From: a virus
Taxonomy: Duplodnaviria > Caudoviricetes
Length of the DNA stretch: 45,666 nt
Virus record (IMG/VR): IMGVR_UViG_3300047090_000036
Location: 1 to 45,666 of that record
Direction: 5' to 3' (one strand)
Both the position numbers and the translations under genes were made by a program. Shown here one piece after another: positions 45,350 through 45,666 of the stretch. The notes beneath the pieces were generated by a model, which worked only from the letters and a program-made list of their open reading frames with translations, did no database searches and had not been told where the DNA came from. Position 1 is the first letter of the stretch. Every line of letters starts with the position of its first letter.

Positions 45350-45666
45350 TGACGACCAACTAGCGGCCATTGAGGCTTGCTGTAATGTGGATAGTCGAAT
45401 TGTCGCCATCACAGGCAAAGCCGGCACCGGCAAGACATTGCTAATTAGGGAAATCCACCGTCGCCTATCACTCGCTGGCTACTCTGTGGGTTGTAGTGCC
45501 CCGACCGGTAAAGCTGCCAAGCGGATTAGAGAGTCTACTGGTCTGGAAGCTCAGACTAATCATCGTATGCTTGGATTTGGTATGCCTATTGAGGTCGAGG
45601 AAACTAACGCTAAGGGTAAGACCGTAATCCTCAAACTGTCCACCGGACCACGCTTCGATCGTCGTC
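45306..45666 (+). CDS. RecD/Dda-like SF1 helicase, N-terminal part (continues across the junction into 1..958)
   Basis: ATG at 45306, open to the end: ...FDDDQLAAIEACC...IVAITGKAGTGKT (Walker A)...SAPTGKAAKRI (motif Ia)...AQTNHRMLG. In frame with 11..958 once the terminal overlap is collapsed. Confidence 0.9.
   Translation, partial: MMDQVTVMEPTIVFDDDQLAAIEACCNVDSRIVAITGKAGTGKTLLIREIHRRLSLAGYSVGCSAPTGKAAKRIRESTGLEAQTNHRMLGFGMPIEVEETNAKGKTVILKLSTGPRFDRR
45659..45666 (+). repeat. Terminal 8-nt overlap with positions 1-8 (TCGTCGTC), indicating a circular assembly
   Basis: Identical end sequences; the helicase frame is restored across the join. Confidence 0.8.

Noticed and set aside
1-45666. Stop-codon reassignment, tRNA genes or a phage RNA polymerase
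   Set aside because: Genes tile densely under the standard code with TAG, TGA and TAA all used as stops; no cloverleaf with T and D loops and no RNA polymerase motifs were seen.

Overview
The window looks like an essentially complete, circularly permuted ~45.66 kb genome of a temperate, short-tailed (podovirus-type) dsDNA phage, probably infecting an alphaproteobacterium (host is inference). The last 8 nt repeat the first 8 nt, and a RecD/Dda-like helicase gene runs in frame across the junction. The + strand arm (33.2 kb to the end, continuing 1-7.15 kb) carries small early genes, an HNH endonuclease, an HTH regulator, a moron, a PD-(D/E)XK nuclease/Sak4-like ATPase/SSB module, the helicase, a dNMP kinase, a UDG-like/exonuclease/PolA fusion, xis-int with a probable attP, and a DUF3987-like NTPase. 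The - strand arm (32.2 to 7.15 kb) carries packaging, head, tail, two paralogous fibres and the ejection proteins. A ~1 kb non-coding switch region with DnaA boxes separates the arms. The most interesting signals are (1) two GNAT acyltransferases each translationally coupled to an ejection-type protein, (2) a PolA with His at the 762-equivalent position and a degenerate UDG domain, (3) several independent families of short intergenic repeats and hairpins in the early region, (4) a T4-holin-like moron, and (5) no recognisable primase or endolysin. All product calls come from motif recognition and synteny; no database searches were run.
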